Both the position numbers and the translations under genes were made by a program. From a virus (taxonomy: Duplodnaviria > Caudoviricetes): a stretch of DNA of 52,875 nucleotides. The notes beneath the pieces were generated by a model that saw nothing but the letters and a program-made list of their open reading frames with translations, did no database searches and had not been told where the DNA came from. The stretch is from positions 1 to 52,875 of the IMG/VR virus record IMGVR_UViG_3300025093_000027. One strand, written 5' to 3'. Below are positions 28,781 through 38,781 of this stretch, one piece after another; position 1 is the stretch's first letter, and each line of letters opens with the position of its first letter.

Positions 28781-30212
28781 CTTCTTTGTCACCTTGGAAT
28801 TCTTCATCGTCATCGACATAGTTACCACCGTCCTCTAGTTCTTTAGCAGTAAGACCTTCTTCTAAGTGGGCAAAGTGCCCTTTCATTTTTACGTTAATGT
28901 AATCTTTATCTTCTAGACCCTGACCATGACGGGCGATAATCGGAACCAACTTACGATTCCCATGCTCTTCGCCATCCTGTGCGATTTCTTCATCTGACTT
29001 AACCTTATAGATAGTAAAGTTAGAGCATAGCCAAATGATTCTATCTGATCCCGAAGCTGCATCCGTACTCTCCTTTGTAATACCATCACGATTCAACTGA
29101 ATAAATGATAGTATAGGAACAGAATATTTCAAGGCAAAATTGTGAAGTGCTGTCATCATAAATCCAAGAGCTTGAAACTCTGCAACATCTTTAATGTCTG
29201 CACTATTCATTAACTTCAAGTAGTCATAAATAATAACGCATTGCTTTGCAGTGCCATCAGGATTAAGACCTACATGTCTAGCCAACCATCTTCTCATGAT
29301 TGCTAACTGATCCTCAAATGGTTTACCACCAATGTTGATGTGATAATAAGGGACACCTTTTACTGCTTGTGTTTTATTATAAACTCTATTCTTACATACT
29401 GCATCACTATCAAACTGACCTGATTCAATAGCATTGATAGCGACTTGTGACTCAGAAGCAATAGCACGATTGCGGAAGTCATTGAACATCATTTCTGTAT
29501 CAAGGTCCAACACAGGAACGCCTTGCTTGGCGATATTCATTCCCATGTTTTGAGCCAAGAGTGTTTTTCCAGTCTTTGGCCTTGCACCAATGACATTAAC
29601 AGTGCCACGGCGAAGCCCACCACCAATAGCAAAATCATAGCGTGCAAAACCAGTTGGGACTCCCACTTGTTCGACTTTGTTTTCTGCAAGCTCATCTAAG
29701 TACTCATCAATGTCTTCAAATAGTTGTTTAGGATTCTCATCGCCACCGTTTAGCAATGACATAAAATCAAAGATAGACTCTTCAGCAATACCTAAGATGT
29801 GAGATAGTGGCTCATGACCTTTTAGATGTAAATACTTTTCTCTTGTAATCTCTAACTGATCATAAATCTTCTTAGCAACTTCTAGCTTACCAACGATCTG
29901 TGCAAAACTTCTTAAGTTTGTTTGATCTACAGGAAACTTGATGATACTTGCTAAGTGTTGCTGCTCTGACTTGCTAGACAGAAACTCAGAAACACCAATA
30001 GCTTTGGCAGCAGAAAGAATAGATGCTAAGTCTACAGTGGTCTTTTCTTCTACTGTAAAAATATGTTGAAGACATGAGTAGATAATCTGATTAGAATCTA
30101 ACGAGAAACTATTAGGTTCAACCAAATCTGCTACATCATAATATGCATCAATACCATACCTACAAACACCAGCAAGGATTGCTCTCTCTGCTGCTACATC
30201 TTGAAACGGCAT
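28767..30212 (-). CDS. dnaB: DnaB-type replicative helicase
   Basis: AERAILAG, GVPTGF, Walker A GARPKTGKT, IIYDYL, QLNR and ARHG. Confidence 0.95.
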   Translation of the reverse strand: MPFQDVAAERAILAGVCRYGIDAYYDVADLVEPNSFSLDSNQIIYSCLQHIFTVEEKTTVDLASILSAAKAIGVSEFLSSKSEQQHLASIIKFPVDQTNLRSFAQIVGKLEVAKKIYDQLEITREKYLHLKGHEPLSHILGIAEESIFDFMSLLNGGDENPKQLFEDIDEYLDELAENKVEQVGVPTGFARYDFAIGGGLRRGTVNVIGARPKTGKTLLAQNMGMNIAKQGVPVLDLDTEMMFNDFRNRAIASESQVAINAIESGQFDSDAVCKNRVYNKTQAVKGVPYYHINIGGKPFEDQLAIMRRWLARHVGLNPDGTAKQCVIIYDYLKLMNSADIKDVAEFQALGFMMTALHNFALKYSVPILSFIQLNRDGITKESTDAASGSDRIIWLCSNFTIYKVKSDEEIAQDGEEHGNRKLVPIIARHGQGLEDKDYINVKMKGHFAHLEEGLTAKELEDGGNYVDDDEEFQGDKEDVPF

Positions 30213-30221
30213 AACCTACCT

Positions 30222-30515
30222 CTACCAAAGTTTGACTTTAAACAATAAGATGTCTCGAAACATCATCCAATCAGAAATCTTAGCGTACAACGGATTCTTA
30301 AATGCTGCTGGTTCATTCTTCTCAAAGAAATAGTGACCTGACCATGCGAATGGATAAACCACAAATGGAATCAATGGAATCAAATACCACAGCCAAAAGT
30401 ATAAAACACAAAACGTAAATCCTATTGTAGCAAGCTGACCAACAAAATGCAATAGCCTACATGTTGGATTTTGATGTAAAGTCAAATAATATTGATAATA
30501 CTCTTTAATGTTCAT
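30222..30515 (-). CDS. DUF962/Mpo1-like small membrane protein
   Basis: YLTLHQNPTCRLLHFVG and FAWSGHYFFEKNEPAAFKNPLY...DWMMF family motifs. Confidence 0.85.
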   Translation of the reverse strand: MNIKEYYQYYLTLHQNPTCRLLHFVGQLATIGFTFCVLYFWLWYLIPLIPFVVYPFAWSGHYFFEKNEPAAFKNPLYAKISDWMMFRDILLFKVKLW

Positions 30516-30517
30516 TT

Positions 30518-30934
30518 CTACCCCGGACTACAAGAACATTTATTACACTTATAACGAAAACCATCTTCATCTTTAACAATTAGTGCTGGCGAAACCTTTT
30601 CAGTTTTACCACAACTTCTGCATCTCACTTCAATTCTACCAGAAGGTCTGCGTCTTGTCAACCTATCTCTTTGAACATGTACATTATTTTGCTGATCTGA
30701 CTTTGATGCTTGAGACAACTCTTTTCTCTCAGCAGCAGTTAAGTCTAATGCACCAACATCAAATCCATTAGCTTCTTTCTCTTTTTGTTTTCTACGACGA
30801 TACTTTTGTTTCTTCTCTGTCTTTTGTTCACTCTTAGTAGTAATCTTATCTAGTTTCTCATCTACCTTTGCCATGATAGAAGCTTCTAGTCCACTCAGCA
30901 TGTTTTTTAGTTCATTTAAATCTGATTTATCCAT
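30518..30934 (-). CDS. Hypothetical basic protein with C-terminal zinc ribbon
   Basis: CRSCG...YKCNKC. Confidence 0.7.
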   Translation of the reverse strand: MDKSDLNELKNMLSGLEASIMAKVDEKLDKITTKSEQKTEKKQKYRRRKQKEKEANGFDVGALDLTAAERKELSQASKSDQQNNVHVQRDRLTRRRPSGRIEVRCRSCGKTEKVSPALIVKDEDGFRYKCNKCSCSPG

Positions 30935-31424
30935 TGTTAGCCACCTTTGCTCGTTGAAGGTTAATGAACAGATCGGACATATTTTTAGTTGAAGTTGCTA
31001 AATATGTTAATCTATCAATTCTTTGTTGACAATACTTTTGTATCTCATGCAGTTTTCTACTTGCATCATTATCCAAAGTTGCTTGCATGTCTTGATTGCC
31101 CCAAGCACCACTATACTGTGCTGACTTCTTACAAATAATCTCCTTTATAGTTGATTTTGCCCAGTTCAACCTTGCGGTTTCTCTGTTGATTGACCTTTGC
31201 AGATGAAAAGATAGACTGCCAAGAATGTAGGCCGCTTCAGCACAGCCCTCAATATCCATCTTCTCAATCTGATCCCTAGACATATTCATGTATGCATAAG
31301 CAGTATTAGAGTTGGGGAAGTCTCTATTATAGGCAGACAGGCCAATACTGCTCTCGTATTCATCAAGAATAGTATCAATCCTGTCCATCTTATCTACTAA
31401 CGCATGTTTATTTTGTTGATCCAT
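30927..31424 (-). CDS. Helical hypothetical protein, possibly a UvsY-like recombination mediator
   Basis: Coiled-coil composition and position near recA. Function is inference only. Confidence 0.5.
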   Translation of the reverse strand: MDQQNKHALVDKMDRIDTILDEYESSIGLSAYNRDFPNSNTAYAYMNMSRDQIEKMDIEGCAEAAYILGSLSFHLQRSINRETARLNWAKSTIKEIICKKSAQYSGAWGNQDMQATLDNDASRKLHEIQKYCQQRIDRLTYLATSTKNMSDLFINLQRAKVANNG

Positions 31425-31807
31425 TCTTCTGGTTTCTCATCATAACGTAGTTCAATGTAAGTAAAGTTATTCAACTCACACCATTCTTTTAGATCGGCAT
31501 CTCTCTTCTTCTGCTTGATAAAATCTTGAGCAGAAGCATGAAACATTGGAGTAAATTTATAGTGTTGTTGACCATGCACCTCAATAACTATTCTAAACTG
31601 ACTAATGAAAAAGTCAAGCGAAATATTCTTACCTCTTCTCAAAGTTACTGGCACTTCTTCCAATACCTGAACAGTAGGAAACAGTTGCTTTATAATACCT
31701 CTAGCATTTAGATGATAAGTAGAACGAGGTCTAGTATCACCTGCTTTAACAACTCTATTTCTTAGATTGAGAGTACATTCATTAAAATCTAAATCTCTTA
31801 CTTTCAT
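31397..31807 (-). CDS. DUF559/Vsr-like endonuclease
   Basis: LDFFI...IEVHGQQH...KKRDADLKEWC. Confidence 0.8.
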   Translation of the reverse strand: MKVRDLDFNECTLNLRNRVVKAGDTRPRSTYHLNARGIIKQLFPTVQVLEEVPVTLRRGKNISLDFFISQFRIVIEVHGQQHYKFTPMFHASAQDFIKQKKRDADLKEWCELNNFTYIELRYDEKPEEWINKINMR

Positions 31808-32802
31808 CGTTCCATGCCTACAGTGTCAAAAATTTCTTTTTCTAATTCAATACATCGCTCAGGGTTTTCTTCTAGATACTGTGCAAAGTTAGGCATTCCT
31901 TGGAACTTCTCTGTATCAGACACAGTAATCCAAGCACCTTTCTTTGAAGCAATACCAAAATCACATGCTAGTTCTGCGATTTCAAACTCTCGCCAAACCC
32001 CTCTTCCGTATTTAATTATACTCTGAACTTTCTGACCCGGAGGACCAATAGCAGAAGTCACAACTTTCCAGTTAATCTTCTGACCGATTTGAGTATCACC
32101 TTGCATTACTGGTTCTGAATGGCTCGCTTCAAGTTTTACATCTACTTGATACTTTAAAGATGTGCCACTCTTTTCAGTTTTAGTTTTTCTACTTCCAAAA
32201 GATGATACATTCGCCATCATGTGAGTAATACCAACAACGGTAACATTATTGATTGGTAGAACATTGCCAATACGACGACACCATTTTGCCTGTGTCTTTT
32301 GAATACTCATAACTTGAATATCTTTAAGTTCACCAGCAAGTTCTGCTTCAGCGGCAAGTGCAGAGAAAGAATCTACGACTGCAACTGCTTTAGGATGACC
32401 ATGAACTACCTTATCAAAGATCCCAAGATAGTCTTCTCCAGACAGGATATGTCCTTCAGAGCTACCAACCATCTGGAACTCTTCAGGTCCAAGTTGTAGC
32501 TCTCGAATACCTTCTAGATCTCTCTTTTTCAATCGACCTTCAATGTTGCCGTAATAAACAAATCTTTCCTGTGCCTGTGCATTAGCACAAAAAGACAATG
32601 CTGTAACGGTCTTACCAATCTTTTCAGGCCCAGTCATAATGAATAATGAACCTTCAGGAACACCACCACCAAGAGCAAGGTCAATCTTTGGTGACACAGA
32701 AATAATCTGCTTTGGTTTCTCTGTAATAAATGCAGCATCATGCAATGCATCGCCAAACTGTTTTACTAAATCTTTATATAACGGATTCTCTGCCACTGTC
32801 AT
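31804..32802 (-). CDS. recA: RecA/UvsX-family recombinase
   Basis: DLALGGGVPEG, Walker A GPEKIGKT, IEGRL, VVDSFSAL, SGTSLKY and KKGAWI. Confidence 0.9.
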   Translation of the reverse strand: MTVAENPLYKDLVKQFGDALHDAAFITEKPKQIISVSPKIDLALGGGVPEGSLFIMTGPEKIGKTVTALSFCANAQAQERFVYYGNIEGRLKKRDLEGIRELQLGPEEFQMVGSSEGHILSGEDYLGIFDKVVHGHPKAVAVVDSFSALAAEAELAGELKDIQVMSIQKTQAKWCRRIGNVLPINNVTVVGITHMMANVSSFGSRKTKTEKSGTSLKYQVDVKLEASHSEPVMQGDTQIGQKINWKVVTSAIGPPGQKVQSIIKYGRGVWREFEIAELACDFGIASKKGAWITVSDTEKFQGMPNFAQYLEENPERCIELEKEIFDTVGMER

Positions 32803-32810
32803 ACAATCTC

Positions 32811-33251
32811 CTAATCAAATTTGTCATATAAGCTTTTCTTCTTAACTCTGTCAGTACTCCAAGTAGGATTCTCTTTGTACTTAACAGGAGTATCATCTGT
32901 ATCAGGTTTAATAACTTTAGGAATCTGATACTGGTCCAACTTATCTTTTACCCACTTGGGAGTTAAAGAATAAATGTTTCTATTGTTTCTTACAAACTGC
33001 AATACTTTATCATCGCCGTATTGATCAATAAGTCTATAAGCAGTATACACTTGGCGTTTGAGATAAGGTTGCCACTTTTTATAAGACTCTTTATCTTTAT
33101 GCTTTTCGATCCAGAATCTGCGTGGCAGTTCCTTATTCTCATCTGCCTGTGCTTTTCTCTCGCACATCAACTCAGCCATCCATTGTCCAAGCGTAACTTT
33201 TTTGCCCGGATTATGTCTTGACTGGTATTTGCTTTCGTATTTTTTACTCAT
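32811..33251 (-). CDS. Hypothetical protein (start revised to 33251)
   Basis: ATG MSKKY overlaps the upstream stop. Confidence 0.7.
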   Translation of the reverse strand: MSKKYESKYQSRHNPGKKVTLGQWMAELMCERKAQADENKELPRRFWIEKHKDKESYKKWQPYLKRQVYTAYRLIDQYGDDKVLQFVRNNRNIYSLTPKWVKDKLDQYQIPKVIKPDTDDTPVKYKENPTWSTDRVKKKSLYDKFD

Positions 33252-33597
33252 GGATTTTATGCGTATAACCTGCATTTTTAGCGGTGTGAATGCCCCTGCC
33301 TTTTCTGTTAGCATCAGATCTTTCTGACATAACAGGAGTCATAGCAACAATACCCTTATTCCCCTTTGCAGTTTTATTAATAACATGTGTAGTTTTTGGG
33401 GCTTCTTGTACTGGTGCCTCCTGTGTCTCTACAGACTCCTCTTCAGGTTTGAGATCTTCCATAAAGCCTTGTACCAATTCTGGTTCTCTATCGAGATACT
33501 TTGCAATATCTTCTACAGAGTTACTTTCAGCAACCATACCCTGAATAATAAACTTCTCTTGCTTACTCAGTCCTTTTGTATTTGCAAACTTCGCCAT
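33244..33597 (-). CDS. Hypothetical protein with N-terminal HTH
   Basis: LSKQEKFII...SVEDIAKYLDR. Confidence 0.7.
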   Translation of the reverse strand: MAKFANTKGLSKQEKFIIQGMVAESNSVEDIAKYLDREPELVQGFMEDLKPEEESVETQEAPVQEAPKTTHVINKTAKGNKGIVAMTPVMSERSDANRKGRGIHTAKNAGYTHKIHE

Positions 33598-34004
33598 TAG
33601 ATAATCTCCCTTTCCGCATTCTTTAAGAATACTTCGTTCTTAGTTGTTAAGAACTTTACATAGTTCCTAAAATTGCTTTCGTTAGTAGTAATAAATTTCC
33701 AAGTAGGTCTACCAACTCTTTGTTTAGTTTCCATACCCTCACTATAAAGTCCATAAGGATTAAACAATCTACCATTCTGCCCAACCTTTACCATAAATCT
33801 ATTAGCAGTTTTAATAGCATGAACGTATGGATGTTCTTTTGCTTTTTGCAAATCCATAGGTGCTATTCTAAAGTTTCCTTCCTGATCCTTATAATCCTCT
33901 CTACTACTGATGGTATACAGAAAGATAGTATCAGAATGTACTATTTCCACATCTTCTGGTTTTGGCATGACATGTTTGTCTTGCCTAATTACATGCTCAC
34001 TCAT
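33597..34004 (-). CDS. Hypothetical protein (start revised to 34004)
   Basis: ATGA overlap with the upstream gene at 34001-34004. Confidence 0.7.
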   Translation of the reverse strand: MSEHVIRQDKHVMPKPEDVEIVHSDTIFLYTISSREDYKDQEGNFRIAPMDLQKAKEHPYVHAIKTANRFMVKVGQNGRLFNPYGLYSEGMETKQRVGRPTWKFITTNESNFRNYVKFLTTKNEVFLKNAEREII

Positions 34005-34372
34005 TTGGCTTTCCCTTTCTTTTTCCAATCTGCTTTTGTATAGTTATCTGTCATGTCACTGGCAGAATTAATTCTACTCATACCTTTAGGTAGTTGTTTC
34101 ATACCCTCTTTACGTTTGGTCTTATGCTCCTCTCTCATTTTAGCCGTAAGCTCTTTACCATACTTCTTTTCATTAGCTTCAGCAAGCTGCATCATTGTCT
34201 TAATTTCTTTTACAGAACAATAAGTATTGTCATCCTCGTAAGACCTCACAACTTTTTTACTTTTACAATGTGGGCATTTATACGCAGCAAGTGACTTATC
34301 ATATTCTGAAATAGAGGAAACCATCTCAGAATACTCTCCACAATCTTCACATACAAATGTATATCTAGGCAT
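34001..34372 (-). CDS. FmdB-family zinc-ribbon protein
   Basis: MPRYTFVCEDCG...CPHCKS. Confidence 0.85.
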   Translation of the reverse strand: MPRYTFVCEDCGEYSEMVSSISEYDKSLAAYKCPHCKSKKVVRSYEDDNTYCSVKEIKTMMQLAEANEKKYGKELTAKMREEHKTKRKEGMKQLPKGMSRINSASDMTDNYTKADWKKKGKAK

Positions 34373-34583
34373 CTTCGTCTCCTACATAATCCTTTGGATT
34401 TAAACATTTAGAACAATAGACTTTCATTGCTCTAGTAGTCAAAGAGTATTTAGATAACTTCAAATGCATGGTATCTTCTTCTGCTATTTTAGTAGATGCC
34501 TCTACATTTGGAATGATGACAGTAACTTTATCTTTGTTACTTATTTTTCTTTGACAGTTATCACAAACGTCTTTTCGCTTCAT
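34365..34583 (-). CDS. Small zinc-finger protein
   Basis: CDNC...YCSKC. Confidence 0.7.
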   Translation of the reverse strand: MKRKDVCDNCQRKISNKDKVTVIIPNVEASTKIAEEDTMHLKLSKYSLTTRAMKVYCSKCLNPKDYVGDEDA

Positions 34584-35113
34584 TAATTATACCCTAAAAA
34601 CTCTTCCCATTCTGGTAGTTTCTTAAAACCCCAGAAGTTGTAAGCGTTTGGTTCGTATGGTTTATTTATTAAAGGCATCCCTGCCTGACTCGGAGTTCTG
34701 CCACCTTTCCTAATATTGCAAGATTTACAAGCAATAACTACATTTTCCCAGATGTGACAGTCCGCTTTCCTATTATACATCCTCTTAGGGATAACATGGT
34801 CGATAGTAGAGATACTCTCAGGTAACTTCTCATAGCAATACTGACATCGACCCTTATCTCTTACCATAAGATTATGTTTAGTAAGTGGTATTTTTTTATT
34901 AACATTTATATATCTATTAGTCATACCAACTGCTGGGACTTGTATAGTTAAGCCACCAGCAGATTGCACATAATCATCATAGTACTTTATAACTGTAATA
35001 CCTTCCTCTGGTATCTCTTTTCCTAGAATATCTAAACAAATCGCCCTTTTCCAACTAATAACCCTTAATGGAAGCCCGTCTGTATTCAAAACCAGTGCGG
35101 GTTGGTGATTCAT
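34583..35113 (-). CDS. HNH endonuclease
   Basis: ALVLN, RDKGRCQYC, TIDHVIP and WENVVIACKSCNIRKG. Confidence 0.92.
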   Translation of the reverse strand: MNHQPALVLNTDGLPLRVISWKRAICLDILGKEIPEEGITVIKYYDDYVQSAGGLTIQVPAVGMTNRYINVNKKIPLTKHNLMVRDKGRCQYCYEKLPESISTIDHVIPKRMYNRKADCHIWENVVIACKSCNIRKGGRTPSQAGMPLINKPYEPNAYNFWGFKKLPEWEEFLGYN

Positions 35114-35114
35114 A

Positions 35115-35423
35115 TTAAACTCCCAAGAATCGTGCCACCAATGCTGTGACTAAACCGACAGTAACAAGGCCACTATAAATAGCCCACCAAAGATTACAGG
35201 TTGGAACCTCTTTATCAGCAGGAATCTGACGTTCAATATCATCATGATTCTTTTGAACTCTATACATTGCTTTTTCTAAATCTTTGTCAGTAAACAACAA
35301 ATGCACTTTTTGCTTTTTATAAAAAACCCTAATGTGATTGTAGGTTTTCTCTGCATTAAAATGTGCCTTTCCATTTTCTATGGTAGTTACATGCCCAACT
35401 TCTGGGACTTCTCTCATGAACAT
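35115..35423 (-). CDS. Hypothetical protein with C-terminal transmembrane helix
   Basis: Hydrophobic C-terminus LWWAIYSGLVTVGLVTALVA. Confidence 0.7.
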   Translation of the reverse strand: MFMREVPEVGHVTTIENGKAHFNAEKTYNHIRVFYKKQKVHLLFTDKDLEKAMYRVQKNHDDIERQIPADKEVPTCNLWWAIYSGLVTVGLVTALVARFLGV

Positions 35424-35431
35424 ACTTCACC

Positions 35432-36493
35432 TCACAGACTCATATCATCAAAACTTAAATCATCTAAATCATTTTTAGATGCACCAATTTTATAAGATGT
35501 AATCTCGCTCTCTTGAGGAGCAACTTGGACTGCTTCACTATTCATAAATGCATCTGACCAACCCTTGATAGGATTCTTCTTTGCATTATAAATCTTGTCA
35601 AATCCAAGTGCGTCAAGACGAGAGTCAACTAACCACTCAATGTAACCATGTAGAGTAGTTTCATTCAAACCAATCAATGATCCATCCTTAAATAGGTAAG
35701 ATGCCCATTCCTTTTCCTCATTTGCTGCTCTCTCAAACATACCAATAACATCATCGTGACACTTCTTAATAACTTCTTGGAACCCTTCAGATTTTTCTTC
35801 TTTTAGGATGTTCAAGATAGTTTGAGTGTTGTAAAGATGCACTGCCTCATCCCTCTTGATTAGACGAATGATGTCCGCATTACCAATCATCTTTTTATTC
35901 TTTGCAAAAGAGAAAGAACAAATAAATGAAACATAAAAGCGAACCGCTTCTAGGATATTGATACTAATCAAGGTCATATAAAGTTGCTCTTTTACATCCT
36001 TATATGTGCCATATCCTAGCTTATTGTAATCTTCAATAGCACTTTCGGCTCTCTTGAGGATCTCTTTATCTTCTAATGTAGAATCAAATACAGCACTTGG
36101 GTCTGCATATACATTTTTAATGATGTAACTGTATGATGTGCTATGAATTTGCTCAAAGAAACCCCATACATTTAGACATGCTTCCAGTTCAGGATTACTA
36201 ACGTATTCAAGCAGTGTAGGAACACCACGGCAGATAACACTGTCAAGCATCGTTTGATACTTTAAGTTAGAAGTAAAAATAAACTTCTCATTATCTGTTA
36301 GTGTTTGGAAATCTGCTCTATCTTTTTTAAGCTCAATCTCTTCTGGTCGCCAAAAGAATTCTACTTGTTTATTGTATAGATCCCAGAAAATTGGATATTT
36401 AAACCTATCATATCTTTGCAAACCTAAAGGCTCACCTAGAAACAAAGGTTGAGTTGTAGTATCTACGTTTTTTTTATTTAATACAGTCATCAT
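35432..36493 (-). CDS. nrdB: Ribonucleotide reductase class Ia beta subunit
   Basis: FWRPEEI, QTMLDS, EQIHSTSY (radical Tyr), LEAVRFYVSF and RDEAVH. ATGA overlap with nrdA. Confidence 0.97.
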   Translation of the reverse strand: MMTVLNKKNVDTTTQPLFLGEPLGLQRYDRFKYPIFWDLYNKQVEFFWRPEEIELKKDRADFQTLTDNEKFIFTSNLKYQTMLDSVICRGVPTLLEYVSNPELEACLNVWGFFEQIHSTSYSYIIKNVYADPSAVFDSTLEDKEILKRAESAIEDYNKLGYGTYKDVKEQLYMTLISINILEAVRFYVSFICSFSFAKNKKMIGNADIIRLIKRDEAVHLYNTQTILNILKEEKSEGFQEVIKKCHDDVIGMFERAANEEKEWASYLFKDGSLIGLNETTLHGYIEWLVDSRLDALGFDKIYNAKKNPIKGWSDAFMNSEAVQVAPQESEITSYKIGASKNDLDDLSFDDMSL

Positions 36494-38727
36494 ACCGAGC
36501 AACCTCCACCATCACAACCACTAGTAGCATCAACATCACCATCTGGACTATTTGCGTAATACAAAGTTTTTACTCCCACCTTGTAAGCATAAACTAAATC
36601 TTTAATAATAACACTCAATGGAATACTACCACCCTCATGATGAGCATAGTTATAATAACTATTAGTTGAAATAGACATGTCTAACCATTTCTGTAAAGTT
36701 GCAATCATGTCCATCAAAGGTTTATTGGTCTGGAAATCAAATGCCAGATCGTAGTATTTTCTATTTTTATGGAAAGAAGGAACTAACTGCTTTAACATTC
36801 CATTCTTTGCTTTTTTGTATGTCAATAATCTTCTAACTGGTTCAACTCCATTAGTACTATTCTGAATGACACTTGATGATTCACAAGGCATTATAGCACT
36901 AACAGTAGAGTTTTTCAACCCATGCTCCTTGATTCTTTTCTTTAAACCCTTCCAATCCATAGAGGGTTTTCTTTTTACAATCTTTTTTGCATTATCGTTT
37001 GCCCAATCATAAGGACATAATCCTTTGGCATATTTTGTCTCATCAAACTTTGGACAAGCACCACTTTCTTCTGCCATCTTACAAGAAGCATCAAGTAAAT
37101 AATACTGTATCTTCTCCATCCATTCATCAACAACTTCTAAACTTTCTGGAGCATAGTAAGACAGTTTATTCTTCGCCAAGAATCCTGCAAGATTAGTAAT
37201 ACCAACTCCTAATGATCGACGATTGAGAGTAAAAGTTTCTCCTGCCTTAATAGGATAATCCTGATAATCAATCAGTGCATTGAGCAATCTAATAGTAATC
37301 TCACAAGCCTTTTGCAACTCATCATCATTATTAATCTCAATCAAGTTAATAGCAGATAAGATACAAATACCAATCTCTGCTTCTGGGTCATCAATGTGAT
37401 TTAATGGCTTAGTTGGATGCGTAATCTCTACACAAAGATTTGTCATCTTTACATCTACATCCCAGCTACCATTTTGATTGCAATGGTCTACATTCATCGC
37501 ATAGATACGACCAGTCTCTAATCTTTCTCTAGCGAACAGTTCTGCGAGCTTCCTCGCTTTGATTTTCTTACTAAACTGTAGATTGCTACGAGACTCGTAT
37601 TCCAAATATAAATCATCAAACTCTTCATGACCGAAAGCATCATACAAACCTTCACATTCTGCCGGAGACAGCAAAGTAATCTCTTCATCCTTAATCAATC
37701 GTTCATAAAATACCTTGGAAAACTGAATGCAATAATCAAGCTTCCTAACCCTGTTATCATCAGTCCCACCATTATTTTTCAACACCATTACATCTTCGAT
37801 TTCATAGTGCCAAAAGGGGATATTCACAGTAGCACTACCACCACGAATACCATTCTGACTTGTAGCCTTTACTGCCGACTCAAACAGTTTTAAGTATGGA
37901 ATCACTCCAGTGTGAATAACCTCACCCCCTCGAATAGGGGAGTTGAGAGGTCTAATCCTACCAAAGTTCAAACCAATACCAGCACGACGAGCAGTATACT
38001 TAGCAACACTAGCAACAGAAGAAGTGATACTGTCTAAACTATCTCCTACATCAACAAGAACGCAAGATGCAAACTGACGAATCTTAGTTCTAACTCCTGC
38101 CATAACTGGAGTTGGCAAGTTGATTTTAAATGTAGAGAAGTAATCATAAGCCTCTTTTACTCTTCTAATCCTGTCATCACCATAATCCATAAACAAGACC
38201 ATAGCGATTAGCATATAAGCGAATTGAGGACTCTCATAAAGTACTCCAGTATTCCTATTCTTCAAGAGATACTTATCAACCATCTGCTGCAAACCAGAAT
38301 AAGTAAATAAATAATCTCTATCATGTTTAATGTATTCGCCAAGCTTATTAATCTCTTCTTTAGTATAAGCTGACTTTACAGATGGATCATACAAGTCTAA
38401 CTTTACTAAATCTTTAATGTGATCAAACAAACGAGGAGGATTATAACCGCCCCATACATCTTTACGAAGTTTAAAGTTAAGAAGTTTCGCCGCAACGAAC
38501 TGATAGTTAGGTTCCTCTTCAGAGATCAAATCATTTGCAGAGTCGATAAGGATATCATGAATCTCTGTAGACGGGATCTTGTCATGTAGGGCGAGTTCAG
38601 CGTTCAGTTCAATGTCAGATAAACTAACTCCATTTACTCCCTTACATGCCCAATCCACAACCTGATGGATTTTTTCAACATTAAACTCTTCTAATCTTCC
38701 ATTACGCTTCTTAACTCTTATATTCAT
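36490..38727 (-). CDS. nrdA: Ribonucleotide reductase class Ia alpha subunit with ATP cone
   Basis: VKKRNG ATP cone, PTPVM, QFASC, TNLCVEI, TLYY and C-terminal CDGGGC. Confidence 0.97.
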   Translation of the reverse strand: MNIRVKKRNGRLEEFNVEKIHQVVDWACKGVNGVSLSDIELNAELALHDKIPSTEIHDILIDSANDLISEEEPNYQFVAAKLLNFKLRKDVWGGYNPPRLFDHIKDLVKLDLYDPSVKSAYTKEEINKLGEYIKHDRDYLFTYSGLQQMVDKYLLKNRNTGVLYESPQFAYMLIAMVLFMDYGDDRIRRVKEAYDYFSTFKINLPTPVMAGVRTKIRQFASCVLVDVGDSLDSITSSVASVAKYTARRAGIGLNFGRIRPLNSPIRGGEVIHTGVIPYLKLFESAVKATSQNGIRGGSATVNIPFWHYEIEDVMVLKNNGGTDDNRVRKLDYCIQFSKVFYERLIKDEEITLLSPAECEGLYDAFGHEEFDDLYLEYESRSNLQFSKKIKARKLAELFARERLETGRIYAMNVDHCNQNGSWDVDVKMTNLCVEITHPTKPLNHIDDPEAEIGICILSAINLIEINNDDELQKACEITIRLLNALIDYQDYPIKAGETFTLNRRSLGVGITNLAGFLAKNKLSYYAPESLEVVDEWMEKIQYYLLDASCKMAEESGACPKFDETKYAKGLCPYDWANDNAKKIVKRKPSMDWKGLKKRIKEHGLKNSTVSAIMPCESSSVIQNSTNGVEPVRRLLTYKKAKNGMLKQLVPSFHKNRKYYDLAFDFQTNKPLMDMIATLQKWLDMSISTNSYYNYAHHEGGSIPLSVIIKDLVYAYKVGVKTLYYANSPDGDVDATSGCDGGGCSV

Positions 38728-38747
38728 TCTGTTTCCTCATAGTAGAT

Positions 38748-38781
38748 AAAAAAACCCGTCAAAGATAAAACTTCAACGGGT
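38748..38781 (-). terminator. Intrinsic terminator ~20 nt upstream of the nrdA start
   Basis: ACCCGUUGAAG-UUUUAU-CUUUGACGGGU followed by a U-run. Confidence 0.8.
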
